Shown here one piece after another: positions 8,189 through 16,514 of a stretch of DNA of 39,667 bases; positions within the stretch are counted from its first letter, which is position 1; each line of letters begins with the position of its first letter. Source of the stretch: Candidatus Omnitrophota bacterium (GTDB taxonomy: Bacteria; Omnitrophota; Gorgyraeia; Duberdicusellales; 4484-171); NCBI GenBank assembly GCA_021735405.1, contig JAIPHC010000003.1, positions 1 through 39,667 on the forward strand, written 5' to 3'. A program made the position numbers and the translations under genes. A model generated the notes under the pieces. That model worked only from the letters and a program-made list of their open reading frames with translations, was not told the DNA's origin and made no database searches.

Positions 8189-8841
8189 TTGCCGGGGCAG
8201 GCAGGTTAGGTTTAATTTTGGCAAAAAGGCTTACAGAAGATAAGCATCAGGTTTGCCTGATAGATAAAAGCCAAAGATTATGCGGTTTGCTGGCCAGAGA
8301 GCTGGATAAGGTGATGATTATTTGCGGAGACGCGACCTATCCCGAGATATTAAAAGAAGCCCAAATAGAAAAGGCCGATGTTTCGGTTGCAGCAACCTCA
8401 GCCGATGAAGATAATATAATCATTTCATATCTAGCTAAGGAATTGTTTGGAATAAGAAGAACAGTTTCCCGGGTAAACGACCCCAAGCATATACCTTTAT
8501 ATAAGTATATGAAAGTCGACAATCCCGTAGATTCAACTTCCATTATTGCAAGGGTTGTCGAAGAAGAAGCTTCTTTTTCCGATGTGATGAATCTTTTAAG
8601 CATTAAAAAGGGAAGGCTTTCTATAGTCCGGGTCGATATTCCGGAAAATTCTCCTGTCGCTAACAAATCCTTAAAAGACATTAAACTACCCGCTAATTCA
8701 GTTTTGATTTCTATATTGCGAGGGCCTGAAATTGTTATCCCTTCTGGCTCGACATCTATTTTGCCCGGAGATGAAATAATTGCAGCAACTTTAATCGACA
8801 GTGAGGCGGATTTGACGAAGTCTCTTATCGGTAAAGTATAA
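8176..8841 (+). CDS. trkA: TrkA-family K+ uptake regulatory protein (RCK_N + RCK_C)
   Basis: IVIAGAGRLG, GDAT, DEDNII, C-terminal IPSGSTSILPGDEI. Confidence 0.92.
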   Translation: MYIVIAGAGRLGLILAKRLTEDKHQVCLIDKSQRLCGLLARELDKVMIICGDATYPEILKEAQIEKADVSVAATSADEDNIIISYLAKELFGIRRTVSRVNDPKHIPLYKYMKVDNPVDSTSIIARVVEEEASFSDVMNLLSIKKGRLSIVRVDIPENSPVANKSLKDIKLPANSVLISILRGPEIVIPSGSTSILPGDEIIAATLIDSEADLTKSLIGKV

Positions 8842-8842
8842 T

Positions 8843-8953
8843 ATGAAGCCATTTTTAGGTATTATTTTAGAGATTTGTTGTTGTTTGGCTATTATTTTAG
8901 CGGGGTATTTACTTGCGCTGGGGTTAAACTTCTTTTTTCCTTTTAGAATTTAA
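8843..8953 (+). CDS. Small hydrophobic membrane peptide, 36 aa (MKPFLGIILEICCCLAIILAGYLLALGLNFFFPFRI), not in the ORF track
   Basis: Translated by hand. ATG 1 nt after the trkA stop and TAA 2 nt before the trkH ATG, so it fills the gap exactly; one long hydrophobic segment. Confidence 0.65.
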   Translation: MKPFLGIILEICCCLAIILAGYLLALGLNFFFPFRI

Positions 8954-8955
8954 TT

Positions 8956-10440
8956 ATGGTAATTTCTCCCACCAAAAAAGATCTGTCTACAATTTTAAAC
9001 CTCCTGGGAAGATTAATTTTAGGTTTAAGTTTTTTTATGTTGGTACCTCTTTTGGTGGCTGCGGCTATGGCTGAAAGTTCTCCTTTTTTTGATTTTGTTA
9101 TCGGAGCTTCTCTCAGCGGGGCTTTGGGGCTTATTTTGCTGATTTTTTTTCCGATTAGAAACGAAATTTCCTGGATACATACTTTTTTTACAGTCAGCCT
9201 TGGCTGGTTGTTTTTTTCGCTTCTGGGTGCTATTCCTCTTTTTTTATCAGGGCATTTCGGTTCCTTTTTAGATGCTTGTTTTGAGGCGATGAGCGGGTTT
9301 GCTACAACAGGTTTGATTTTAATTCAAGACCTGGATCATTTATCTTTTTCACATAATACCTGGCGCCACCTAACTATGTTTATCGGCGGCCAAGGAATAA
9401 TTTTGGCAAGCCTTTCGATATTAACTCAGGCTAAATCCGTTGCCGTAGGTTTTTATCTTGGCGAAGCAAGGCAGGAGAAAATTTTTCCTAATGTAATAGG
9501 AACCGCTCGTTTTATTTGGAAGGTCAGCTTTATTTTTTTAATTACAGGGGTTACGGCGTATTCTCTGATTCTAAGCAAAACCGGCCTACCTGTACTTAAA
9601 TCAGTTTTTCAGGCTTTTTGGCTCTTTTTTGCCGCTTTTGATACCGGAGGCTTTACTCCCTATAAACAAAGTATAGCTTACTACCATAGTTTCCAATTAG
9701 AAATAGCCACAATTGTTTTTATGATTCTAGGAGCTTTTAACTTTAATTTGCATTTCTGGCTCTGGCATAAAGACAAAAAAGAAATATTTAAAAATTTCGA
9801 GATTAAAACTTTTCTTTTTACTTTTTTTTCCCTGCTTTTACTAGTTTATCTGCCTTTTTTAGGTACCAATTTTACCGGATTGTTCAGGGGCGGTTTTTAT
9901 CAGCTTATATCGGCTCATACTGGCTGTGGTTTTACTAACTTAGAGGAAGGGGTTTTGATGGGGTTTCCTCTGCTTTCGATTCTAGCGGTAATTTTTGCGA
10001 TGATGATTGGCGGAGGGGTATGTTCTACTACCGGCGGGATTAAGTTGATGCGGATTGGAATTATTTTTAAAACTATTTTTGCCGAGATTAAACGCTGGAT
10101 TATGCCTCCCAACGCGGTTTTTAAGGAAAAATACCATCATTTAAATAATCTGCTTTTATCTAATAAGCGGATAAAAGATGCTTTTGTAATTTTTATTTTA
10201 TTTATTATTACCTATGTAGCCGGAGCCTTAATCGCTGTCGGTTTAGGTTATCCGGGGACAGCCGCTTTATTTGAATCGGTTTCTGCGACTGCAAACGTAG
10301 GCTTATCTAGCGGCATAACCAGCCCCGATATGCCAAATATTTTGAAAATAGTATATATAATTCAAATGTGGGTAGGCCGGCTGGAATTTATCGCGGTTTT
10401 TGTTACTTTAGGAGTGTTGTTATCATTCTTTAGAAAATAG
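8956..10440 (+). CDS. trkH: TrkH-family K+ uptake permease
   Basis: Four pore-loop motifs (SGFATTG, AAFDTGGF, SAHTGCGF, SATANVGLS), GGGVCSTTGGIK, MWVGRLE. Confidence 0.94.
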   Translation: MVISPTKKDLSTILNLLGRLILGLSFFMLVPLLVAAAMAESSPFFDFVIGASLSGALGLILLIFFPIRNEISWIHTFFTVSLGWLFFSLLGAIPLFLSGHFGSFLDACFEAMSGFATTGLILIQDLDHLSFSHNTWRHLTMFIGGQGIILASLSILTQAKSVAVGFYLGEARQEKIFPNVIGTARFIWKVSFIFLITGVTAYSLILSKTGLPVLKSVFQAFWLFFAAFDTGGFTPYKQSIAYYHSFQLEIATIVFMILGAFNFNLHFWLWHKDKKEIFKNFEIKTFLFTFFSLLLLVYLPFLGTNFTGLFRGGFYQLISAHTGCGFTNLEEGVLMGFPLLSILAVIFAMMIGGGVCSTTGGIKLMRIGIIFKTIFAEIKRWIMPPNAVFKEKYHHLNNLLLSNKRIKDAFVIFILFIITYVAGALIAVGLGYPGTAALFESVSATANVGLSSGITSPDMPNILKIVYIIQMWVGRLEFIAVFVTLGVLLSFFRK

Positions 10441-10441
10441 G

Positions 10442-10498
10442 GACACAGATGAACACAGATAGCATACCAAAAACCAGTTTTTACAGATGCACACAGAT
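10442..10498. repeat. ACACAGAT repeat units at the trkH / downstream-gene junction; they supply the ATG at 10449
   Basis: gacacagat-gaacacagat ... tacagat-gcacacagat; reverse complement of the units at 7384-7423. Confidence 0.7.
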
Positions 10499-11006
10499 TT
10501 TTAAAGGTAAAGGTCTGTTATCATTTTTTATTTTGACGCTAAGCTTTTTATTTTCTTTAACTGTTTACGCCGAAGCCCAAACTATAACTTTAAAATCTTT
10601 AATAAATAACCCGGGAAAATACGACGGGAAGATGGTTTCTTTTGAGGCGGAAGCGATTGGGGACCCGCTTGGCGGCAGAAAAGGAATATGGTTTAATGTC
10701 CAGTCAGGAAAATATAATATGGGAATTTTTGTAAAAAACAAGGATCTTATCAATCAAATCAGCCATTGGGGCAGTTATAAAGAAAGAGGAGATTTGATTA
10801 AGAGTGAAGGTATTTTTTATAAAAATTGCTCTGTTCACGGCGGCAGGGATTTGCATTTGGTTAGCCTTGAAATTGTAGAAAAAGGCGGAATAAGGGATCT
10901 TAAAGCAGCAGAGGGAAAAAAAAGGTTTGCTTTATTTAGTTTTGTAATTTTCTTGACATTAGGATGTATTTATCTTATAAAAATAAGATTATGGCAGCAG
11001 AAATAA
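10449..11006 (+). CDS. Hypothetical membrane-anchored protein with a probable OB-fold-like extracytoplasmic domain
   Basis: Signal/TM segment ending VYAEA, then YDGKMVSFEAEAIGD...GDLIKSEGIF...CSVHGG, then a C-terminal TM helix. The fold call is pattern-based. Confidence 0.6.
   Translation: MNTDSIPKTSFYRCTQIFKGKGLLSFFILTLSFLFSLTVYAEAQTITLKSLINNPGKYDGKMVSFEAEAIGDPLGGRKGIWFNVQSGKYNMGIFVKNKDLINQISHWGSYKERGDLIKSEGIFYKNCSVHGGRDLHLVSLEIVEKGGIRDLKAAEGKKRFALFSFVIFLTLGCIYLIKIRLWQQK
10953..10981 (+). promoter_or_regulatory. Candidate sigma70 promoter for pheS inside the upstream CDS
   Basis: TTGACA-17 bp-TATAAA, ending 9 nt before ATG 10991. Confidence 0.55.
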
Positions 11007-12037
11007 AAACGATAAAAAGTAATTTTCAAAAAGATTTAGAGAACGCAGAAAGCAGAGAGTCTCTAAAGAAATTAAAGATAAAATATTTGGGGAGAAAATC
11101 TAAAATCTCTGAGCTTTTTTCTAATATTCCGAATTTACCCAAGCAAGAAAGAGGCTACTGGGGTAAAGAGTTGAATATTTTAAAGAATCAAATAAGTTCG
11201 GTTATCGAAGCAAGGCTGGCCGGAAAAAGCCAGAAGGAAGAAAAAATTGATCTAACCTATCCGGCCAGGCTGCCGGATCAAGGCTCTAACCATATTTTGA
11301 GCTCGGTTACAAACGATATTTGTTTGATATTTAAAGAGCTGGGTTTTAATATAATTTCCGGAAATGAAGTAGAAGATGAATGGCATAATTTTTCTGCTTT
11401 GAACATCCCTTTGGAACATCCTTCCCGTGATGCGTTTGATACTTTTTACCTGGATTTACCTGAAAAAAACCAAAAAAGCGGAAGCTGGCTGTTACGCAGC
11501 CATACTTCTCCTTCTCAAATTCGAATGATGCAAAAATTAAACCCCCCTTTAGCTGTAGTTTCTCCGGGCCGGGTCTACCGTCCTGATGTGGTGGATGCGA
11601 CTCATTCTTTTATGTTTTACCAAATAGAAGGTTTTGCGGTTGGGGAGAACTTAAGTTTTGCCGATTTAAAAGGGACTCTTCTTTATTTTGCCAAGCAATT
11701 TTTTTCTCAAGAAGTCCAGCTTCGTTTCCGGCCTCATTTCTTTCCCTTTACCGAACCTTCGGCGGAGGTGGATGTATCTTGTGTTATCTGCGCAGGCAGC
11801 CAGGCAGAAGGCGGAGGCAGATGCAGTGTATGTAAGGGTAAAGGTTGGCTTGAAATATTAGGATGCGGGATGATCCATCCCAACGTGCTTGAAGCTTGCG
11901 GGATAGACAGTAAAAAATACCAGGGTTTTGCTTTTGGAATGGGAGTAGATAGAATTGTTATGCAGAAATATCAGATAAACGATATTAGGCTTTTTTATGA
12001 AAATGATCTAAATTTTTTAAAACAATTCCCGATTTAA
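10991..12037 (+). CDS. pheS: Phenylalanine--tRNA ligase alpha subunit
   Basis: HPSRDAFDTFY, LRSHTSPSQIR, FPFTEPSAEVD, FAFGMGVDRI. Start assigned to ATG 10991 rather than 10964. Confidence 0.96.
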   Translation: MAAEIKTIKSNFQKDLENAESRESLKKLKIKYLGRKSKISELFSNIPNLPKQERGYWGKELNILKNQISSVIEARLAGKSQKEEKIDLTYPARLPDQGSNHILSSVTNDICLIFKELGFNIISGNEVEDEWHNFSALNIPLEHPSRDAFDTFYLDLPEKNQKSGSWLLRSHTSPSQIRMMQKLNPPLAVVSPGRVYRPDVVDATHSFMFYQIEGFAVGENLSFADLKGTLLYFAKQFFSQEVQLRFRPHFFPFTEPSAEVDVSCVICAGSQAEGGGRCSVCKGKGWLEILGCGMIHPNVLEACGIDSKKYQGFAFGMGVDRIVMQKYQINDIRLFYENDLNFLKQFPI

Positions 12038-12041
12038 AAAT

Positions 12042-14045
12042 ATGAAATTTAGTTTAAATTTTTTAAAACAATTTGTCGAAATTAAAGTGTCAGCCAAAGA
12101 ATTGGCCGATAAGTTTACTTCGGCCGGTTTAGAAATCGAAAATTTAAAGAAAATATCAGAAGACTGGGTTTTTGATGCCGAAGTCACCACCAACAGGTAT
12201 GATTGGCTTTCTATTCTCGGGATTGCGCAGGAAGCAGCTGCTGTATTGGGTAAGAATATAAAAATAAATTATCCTAAAATAAAAATTAAACCCGGCCTCA
12301 CGGAAATAAGTATTTCAGCAGAAGATAAAAAAGACTGCCCTTATTATTTAGCCAGGGTAATAGAGGGCATTAAGGTGGCGCCTTCTCCGGATTGGTTAAA
12401 AAAGCTGGTTGTAAATTGCGGTATGGCTTCGGTAAATAATATTGTTGATATTACAAATTATTGTATGCTTAAATGGGGAAACCCCCTTCATGCTTTCGAT
12501 AAAGATAAAATTGAAGGGGATATTTGTATAAGGAGAGCAAAAGATAAAGAAGAGTTTGTAGGTATAGATCAAAAGAGGCGGGTTTTAAGCAAAGAAAATT
12601 TAATTATTGCCGATAGCAAAAAAACTATTGCATTAGCCGGAGTAATCGGCGCTAAGAATACAGAAGTAACTTCTTCAACTGAAAATATATTTTTAGAAGC
12701 GGCTAAATTTTCTCCGATTACCGTAAGGCGTTCACGCAGGCATCTAGGCCTTGATACCGAATCTTCTTACCGGTTCGAAAGAAGAGTGTCTGAGTTTTTT
12801 CTAGATTATGCGTCGCAAGAGGCGGCTGATTTGATTGAAGAATTAGCAAAAGGAAAATTTTCCGGATTTAAAAAGATAGGCAAAAAGACGGAAAAACAGC
12901 CAAAGGATATCACAATAGGATTGGCAAAAATGAAAAACTACCTGGGAACGGATTTTAAAATAAATAAAGTTAAGAAAATTTTAAAAACCCTTAATTTTAA
13001 AATTCAAAAATCAACAACAGATAAAATAAAAGTAAAACCAGCTTTATCCCGGTTTGATATCGAGAAAGAAGTTGATGTTTATGAAGAATTTGCAAGAATT
13101 TACGGTTATGGCCGGATTAAAGCAAAAATACCTTTTTTAAAAAAATCCCAAAAAGATTTTTCTCTTTTAGGCAGGGAGGAAAAATTTTGGGAATTTAAAA
13201 ATAAAATAAGGAGTTTTGTTTCTCTTTCCGGTTTTTCTGAAATTATCACCTATAGCATCGAAAGCAAAGAAGAACTTTCTTTATTTACAGAAGAGAGCGG
13301 ATTAGAACTAAAAAATCCTTTACGCCGGCAGGAAGACAGCCTAAGGCCGGTTTTATCTTTAGGGATGATAAAAGTTGTAAAACATAATTTAAACCGGGGC
13401 AAGTCTAACCTTAATATTTTTGAAATTGCAGATGTTTATCAAAAGAATAAAAACAGCCTTAAAGAAAAACCATTTTTATCTTTAGGTATAAGCGGAGAAA
13501 AAACAAGATTTTTTTTGTTAAAGGGGCAAGTTTTAGCAATTCTAAATTATTTGAATATAAAATCCGTTCAGTTTAAAGAATCCAAAAAGAAAAGTTTCAG
13601 CAATGCTTTGGAAGTTGTTGTCAAAGGCGAAGTTGTTGGTTTTTTGGGTAAAATTAATAAAAAAGAAAAAGAGAAATTTGGGCTAAAAGAAGATTTATTT
13701 ATATCCGAACTTGACTTAAGATTATTAGAAAAATATAAAAGGGATAAAAAATTTAAACCTTTTTCTAGATTTCCGGCTGTTTGGCGGGATATAAGTTTAG
13801 CCATAGAGGAAAAGATAAAGTTTAAAGAGGTTAGGAGAATAATAGAAAAAGAAGGGCAGTATTTAGCGGATTTAGCGGTTATTGATAGTTATCAGAGCCA
13901 AGAATTACCGCCAGGTTATTTTGCTTTTACTTTAAGAATTTTTTACCAGTCAAAACAGAAGACATTAAATTCTAACGAAGTGGATAGTTACCATAATAAT
14001 ATTAGAAAAAAATTGGATAAAAAAACAGGTATAATTTTAAGATAA
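12042..14045 (+). CDS. pheT: Phenylalanine--tRNA ligase beta subunit, short form lacking the B2 OB domain
   Basis: MKFSLNFLKQFV, TTNRYDWLSILGIAQE, VDITNY, SSYRFER, RFDIEKEVDVYEEFARIYGY, FDX-ACB C-terminus. Confidence 0.95.
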   Translation: MKFSLNFLKQFVEIKVSAKELADKFTSAGLEIENLKKISEDWVFDAEVTTNRYDWLSILGIAQEAAAVLGKNIKINYPKIKIKPGLTEISISAEDKKDCPYYLARVIEGIKVAPSPDWLKKLVVNCGMASVNNIVDITNYCMLKWGNPLHAFDKDKIEGDICIRRAKDKEEFVGIDQKRRVLSKENLIIADSKKTIALAGVIGAKNTEVTSSTENIFLEAAKFSPITVRRSRRHLGLDTESSYRFERRVSEFFLDYASQEAADLIEELAKGKFSGFKKIGKKTEKQPKDITIGLAKMKNYLGTDFKINKVKKILKTLNFKIQKSTTDKIKVKPALSRFDIEKEVDVYEEFARIYGYGRIKAKIPFLKKSQKDFSLLGREEKFWEFKNKIRSFVSLSGFSEIITYSIESKEELSLFTEESGLELKNPLRRQEDSLRPVLSLGMIKVVKHNLNRGKSNLNIFEIADVYQKNKNSLKEKPFLSLGISGEKTRFFLLKGQVLAILNYLNIKSVQFKESKKKSFSNALEVVVKGEVVGFLGKINKKEKEKFGLKEDLFISELDLRLLEKYKRDKKFKPFSRFPAVWRDISLAIEEKIKFKEVRRIIEKEGQYLADLAVIDSYQSQELPPGYFAFTLRIFYQSKQKTLNSNEVDSYHNNIRKKLDKKTGIILR

Positions 14046-14065
14046 TTTTTATAAATGTTCTTTAC

Positions 14066-14094
14066 TTGAAAAGAAAAAATAAGCCTGTTATAAT
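14066..14094 (+). promoter_or_regulatory. Sigma70 promoter for the 6S-like RNA
   Basis: TTGAAA-17 bp-TATAAT with extended -10 TG. Confidence 0.75.
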
Positions 14095-14101
14095 TATAAT
14101 T

Positions 14102-14250
14102 ACCCTGCCTGTTGCGTTGGAGGTGTAAGCGCTACAGCCAACATCAGTCGTAAGGGAGCCAAATTTCTTAAACAAAAGTTTAGGATGCGGTGCCCACTTG
14201 TGTGAGAAGAGGACTGATAGCGTCGGCCTCGAACGGACTTATGGCGGGGT
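14102..14250 (+). ncRNA. ssrS: Probable 6S RNA
   Basis: Rod-like fold: accctgcc/ggcggggt, cgttggagg/cctcgaacg, central bulge, atcagtc/gactgat, gggagcc/ggtgccc. GC-rich island with its own promoter just downstream of pheT, a common 6S location. Confidence 0.8.
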
Positions 14251-14266
14251 TTAAATTTATAAAAAA

Positions 14267-15238
14267 ATGATTAAACAACTATCTAATCCAAAATTAAAAC
14301 AACCAGTATTTATAGCCGCCTGGCCGGGCATGGGCGAAGTTGCTTACCGGAGCGCTTTGTTTTTAAAAGAAGCGATGAATTTCAAAGTATTCGCAAAGCT
14401 TGATATGGAAGATTTTTTTAAACCGGCCGCGGTGATAGTCGAAGATGGAATAACCGCAATCCCTAAACCGCCCACGGGTTTATTTTATTATTATAAAGGT
14501 AAGGAAGGACCGGATATAGTTCTTTTTTTGGGCCAGGCTCAGCCTCCTTTGGAACACGCAGAAGAGCTTTCTTTGACTGTAATTAAATTTATTAAAAAAT
14601 ATAAACCACGGTTAGTGGTTACTTTTGCCGCAAAACCGGAATCTGTTGACCATAAGCATAATTCTTCTCTCTGGCTGGCAGCTACCCATCCATCTGTTGC
14701 CAAAAAATTTGAAAAAACTGAAATTAAAATATTAAAAAAAGGCCAAATTAGCGGATTAAACGGTATTATTTTAGGCATGGCTAAACGTAAAGGGCTTAAG
14801 GGCGCTTGTCTTTTAGCCGAGATTCCCTTTTATACTGCACAAATCGAAAACCCTAAAGCTACGGCAGTTATCTTAGACTTGCTTGTTCATTTTTTCCGGA
14901 TAAAACTTGATATTTCTTCTATTTGGAAAAGGGCAAAATTTATCGAAAAAGAAATAGATAAACTTATTAGTTACCTAAAAGGAGATGCCAAACCGGAAGG
15001 CCCCACTCCTTTAAGCGAAGAAGATGTCAGAAGGATTAAAAAAGATTTAGCAGCTTATACCAAGGTGCCTCAATCGGTGAGAAATAATATCGAAAAACTT
15101 TTTAAAAAGGCAAAACGCGATATAGCCGCTGCTAGTGAATTGAAAAAAGAGCTTGATGATTGGAATGTCTATAAAGAATACGAAGACAGGTTTCTTGATC
15201 TTTTTCGCAACAAAGGCAATGATAAGGGAACTCATTAA
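14267..15238 (+). CDS. PAC2 (proteasome assembly chaperone 2-like) family protein
   Basis: PKLKQPVFIAAWPGMGEVA, GQAQPP, GQISGLNGIILG, ENPKA; helical C-terminal extension. Confidence 0.8.
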   Translation: MIKQLSNPKLKQPVFIAAWPGMGEVAYRSALFLKEAMNFKVFAKLDMEDFFKPAAVIVEDGITAIPKPPTGLFYYYKGKEGPDIVLFLGQAQPPLEHAEELSLTVIKFIKKYKPRLVVTFAAKPESVDHKHNSSLWLAATHPSVAKKFEKTEIKILKKGQISGLNGIILGMAKRKGLKGACLLAEIPFYTAQIENPKATAVILDLLVHFFRIKLDISSIWKRAKFIEKEIDKLISYLKGDAKPEGPTPLSEEDVRRIKKDLAAYTKVPQSVRNNIEKLFKKAKRDIAAASELKKELDDWNVYKEYEDRFLDLFRNKGNDKGTH

Positions 15239-15343
15239 CTCCTCGTCATTTTATTATTTTTCCAAAAGGTAAGTATGGCAAGAACTTCTAAACCGGGTGT
15301 TATGCAACAAAACAGGTTCAAACGGAAATGTTGCATAAGCTGA

Positions 15344-15426
15344 GCGAGGGTGGCGGAATGGCAGACGCGCTAGCTTGAGGGGCTAGTGGTAGAAATATCG
15401 TAGGGGTTCAAGTCCCCTCCCTCGCA
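15344..15426 (+). tRNA. tRNA-Leu(GAG), CCA not encoded
   Basis: Acceptor GCGAGGG/CCCTCGC, anticodon stem CTAGC/GCTAG with loop TTGAGGG, long variable arm, T-arm AGGGG-TTCAAGT-CCCCT. Confidence 0.96.
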
Positions 15427-15446
15427 TATTATTATATAAAGTATAA

Positions 15447-15580
15447 AGGGGACGTTTCCCTCGTTTATAACTTCTTGTTAGCCAATGGTTTATAAACTGG
15501 AATTTTCCGTTTATTTCCGGAAAACGTCGCTTTATAACTCCTTTATCTGCAGTAACTTATAACAGAGGGAAACGTCCCCT
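15447..15580. mobile_element. 134-bp MITE/REPIN-like element with a 16-bp perfect terminal inverted repeat
   Basis: aggggacgtttccctc (15447-15462) / gagggaaacgtcccct (15565-15580), extending imperfectly to about 24 bp; no ORF inside. Confidence 0.6.
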
Positions 15581-15584
15581 GAGG

Positions 15585-16514
15585 TTAGTCTTTGCGGCGG
15601 TCGAAAATATATTTACTTTCGGGAAACTTTTTGGCCAGGCCTTTTAATTCCGCGCCCCGTGAGCCTATTTGAGCCACGTGGCTGAAGTCTTTTTCTTCAT
15701 TAGTTATTATTCCTATTGAAATGGTAGGAAAGCCAAATTTTGAATGTTCTCCTTCTCTGGTTTTTGCCTCGATATAGCCTCTTTCTCTATCGGTTGTGTC
15801 AAAAAAATTAGGAGCAAAACTATCAAATTTAGAAATTATATCTTTTGAAATTATTTCCGCTTTTTCAATTGAAGTTATTATCACAAAGTCATCTCCGCCG
15901 ATATGGCCGATAAAGTCGCTAAATTGGCCTTTTTCTTGGACAGAGGCAGCAAGAATCCGGGAAGTTTCCTTGATAACTTCATCGCCTCTGCCAAAGCCAT
16001 AGTAGTCATTTAATACTTTAAAATTATCTATATCTATGTAGAGAACGGCAAATTTTTCATTAGTTTTTAATTTATTTTCCAATTCTTTATTTATAGAAAT
16101 ATTTCCCGGAAGCCGGGTCAGGGGATTGGCGTCAAGATTTAGGCTTGACCTTCTAATTAACATTCTGATTCTTGCGATTAATTCCTGAGGTAAAAAAGGT
16201 TTAGTCATATAGTCGTCGGCCCCGGATTCTAAACCTTTTACCTTATCTTCTACCTCGCCTTTGCCGGTAAGCATAAGAACGGGCAAATTCATAAGCAAAA
16301 CATTTTGTCTTATCTTCTTACAAATTTCGTCTCCGTTTATATCAGGAAGCATATAATCTAATATAAGCAAATCCGGAGTATTTTCTTTTAATTGGATAAA
16401 AGCCTGGCGGCCGGTGTCTGCCCGGAAAACCTCAAATTCACTTTCTAAGGTGGCTTCTATTAAATCCAAGATATCTGTATTATCGTCTACGACTAATATT
16501 TTTAATTTATTCAT
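15585..16514 (-). CDS. Response regulator-diguanylate cyclase (REC-GGDEF)
   Basis: ILVVDD, DLLILDYMLP, GADDYMTKPF, then NPLTRLPGN, DIDNFKVLNDYYG, GHIGGDDF. Start reassigned to ATG 16514. Confidence 0.92.
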   Translation of the reverse strand: MNKLKILVVDDNTDILDLIEATLESEFEVFRADTGRQAFIQLKENTPDLLILDYMLPDINGDEICKKIRQNVLLMNLPVLMLTGKGEVEDKVKGLESGADDYMTKPFLPQELIARIRMLIRRSSLNLDANPLTRLPGNISINKELENKLKTNEKFAVLYIDIDNFKVLNDYYGFGRGDEVIKETSRILAASVQEKGQFSDFIGHIGGDDFVIITSIEKAEIISKDIISKFDSFAPNFFDTTDRERGYIEAKTREGEHSKFGFPTISIGIITNEEKDFSHVAQIGSRGAELKGLAKKFPESKYIFDRRKD

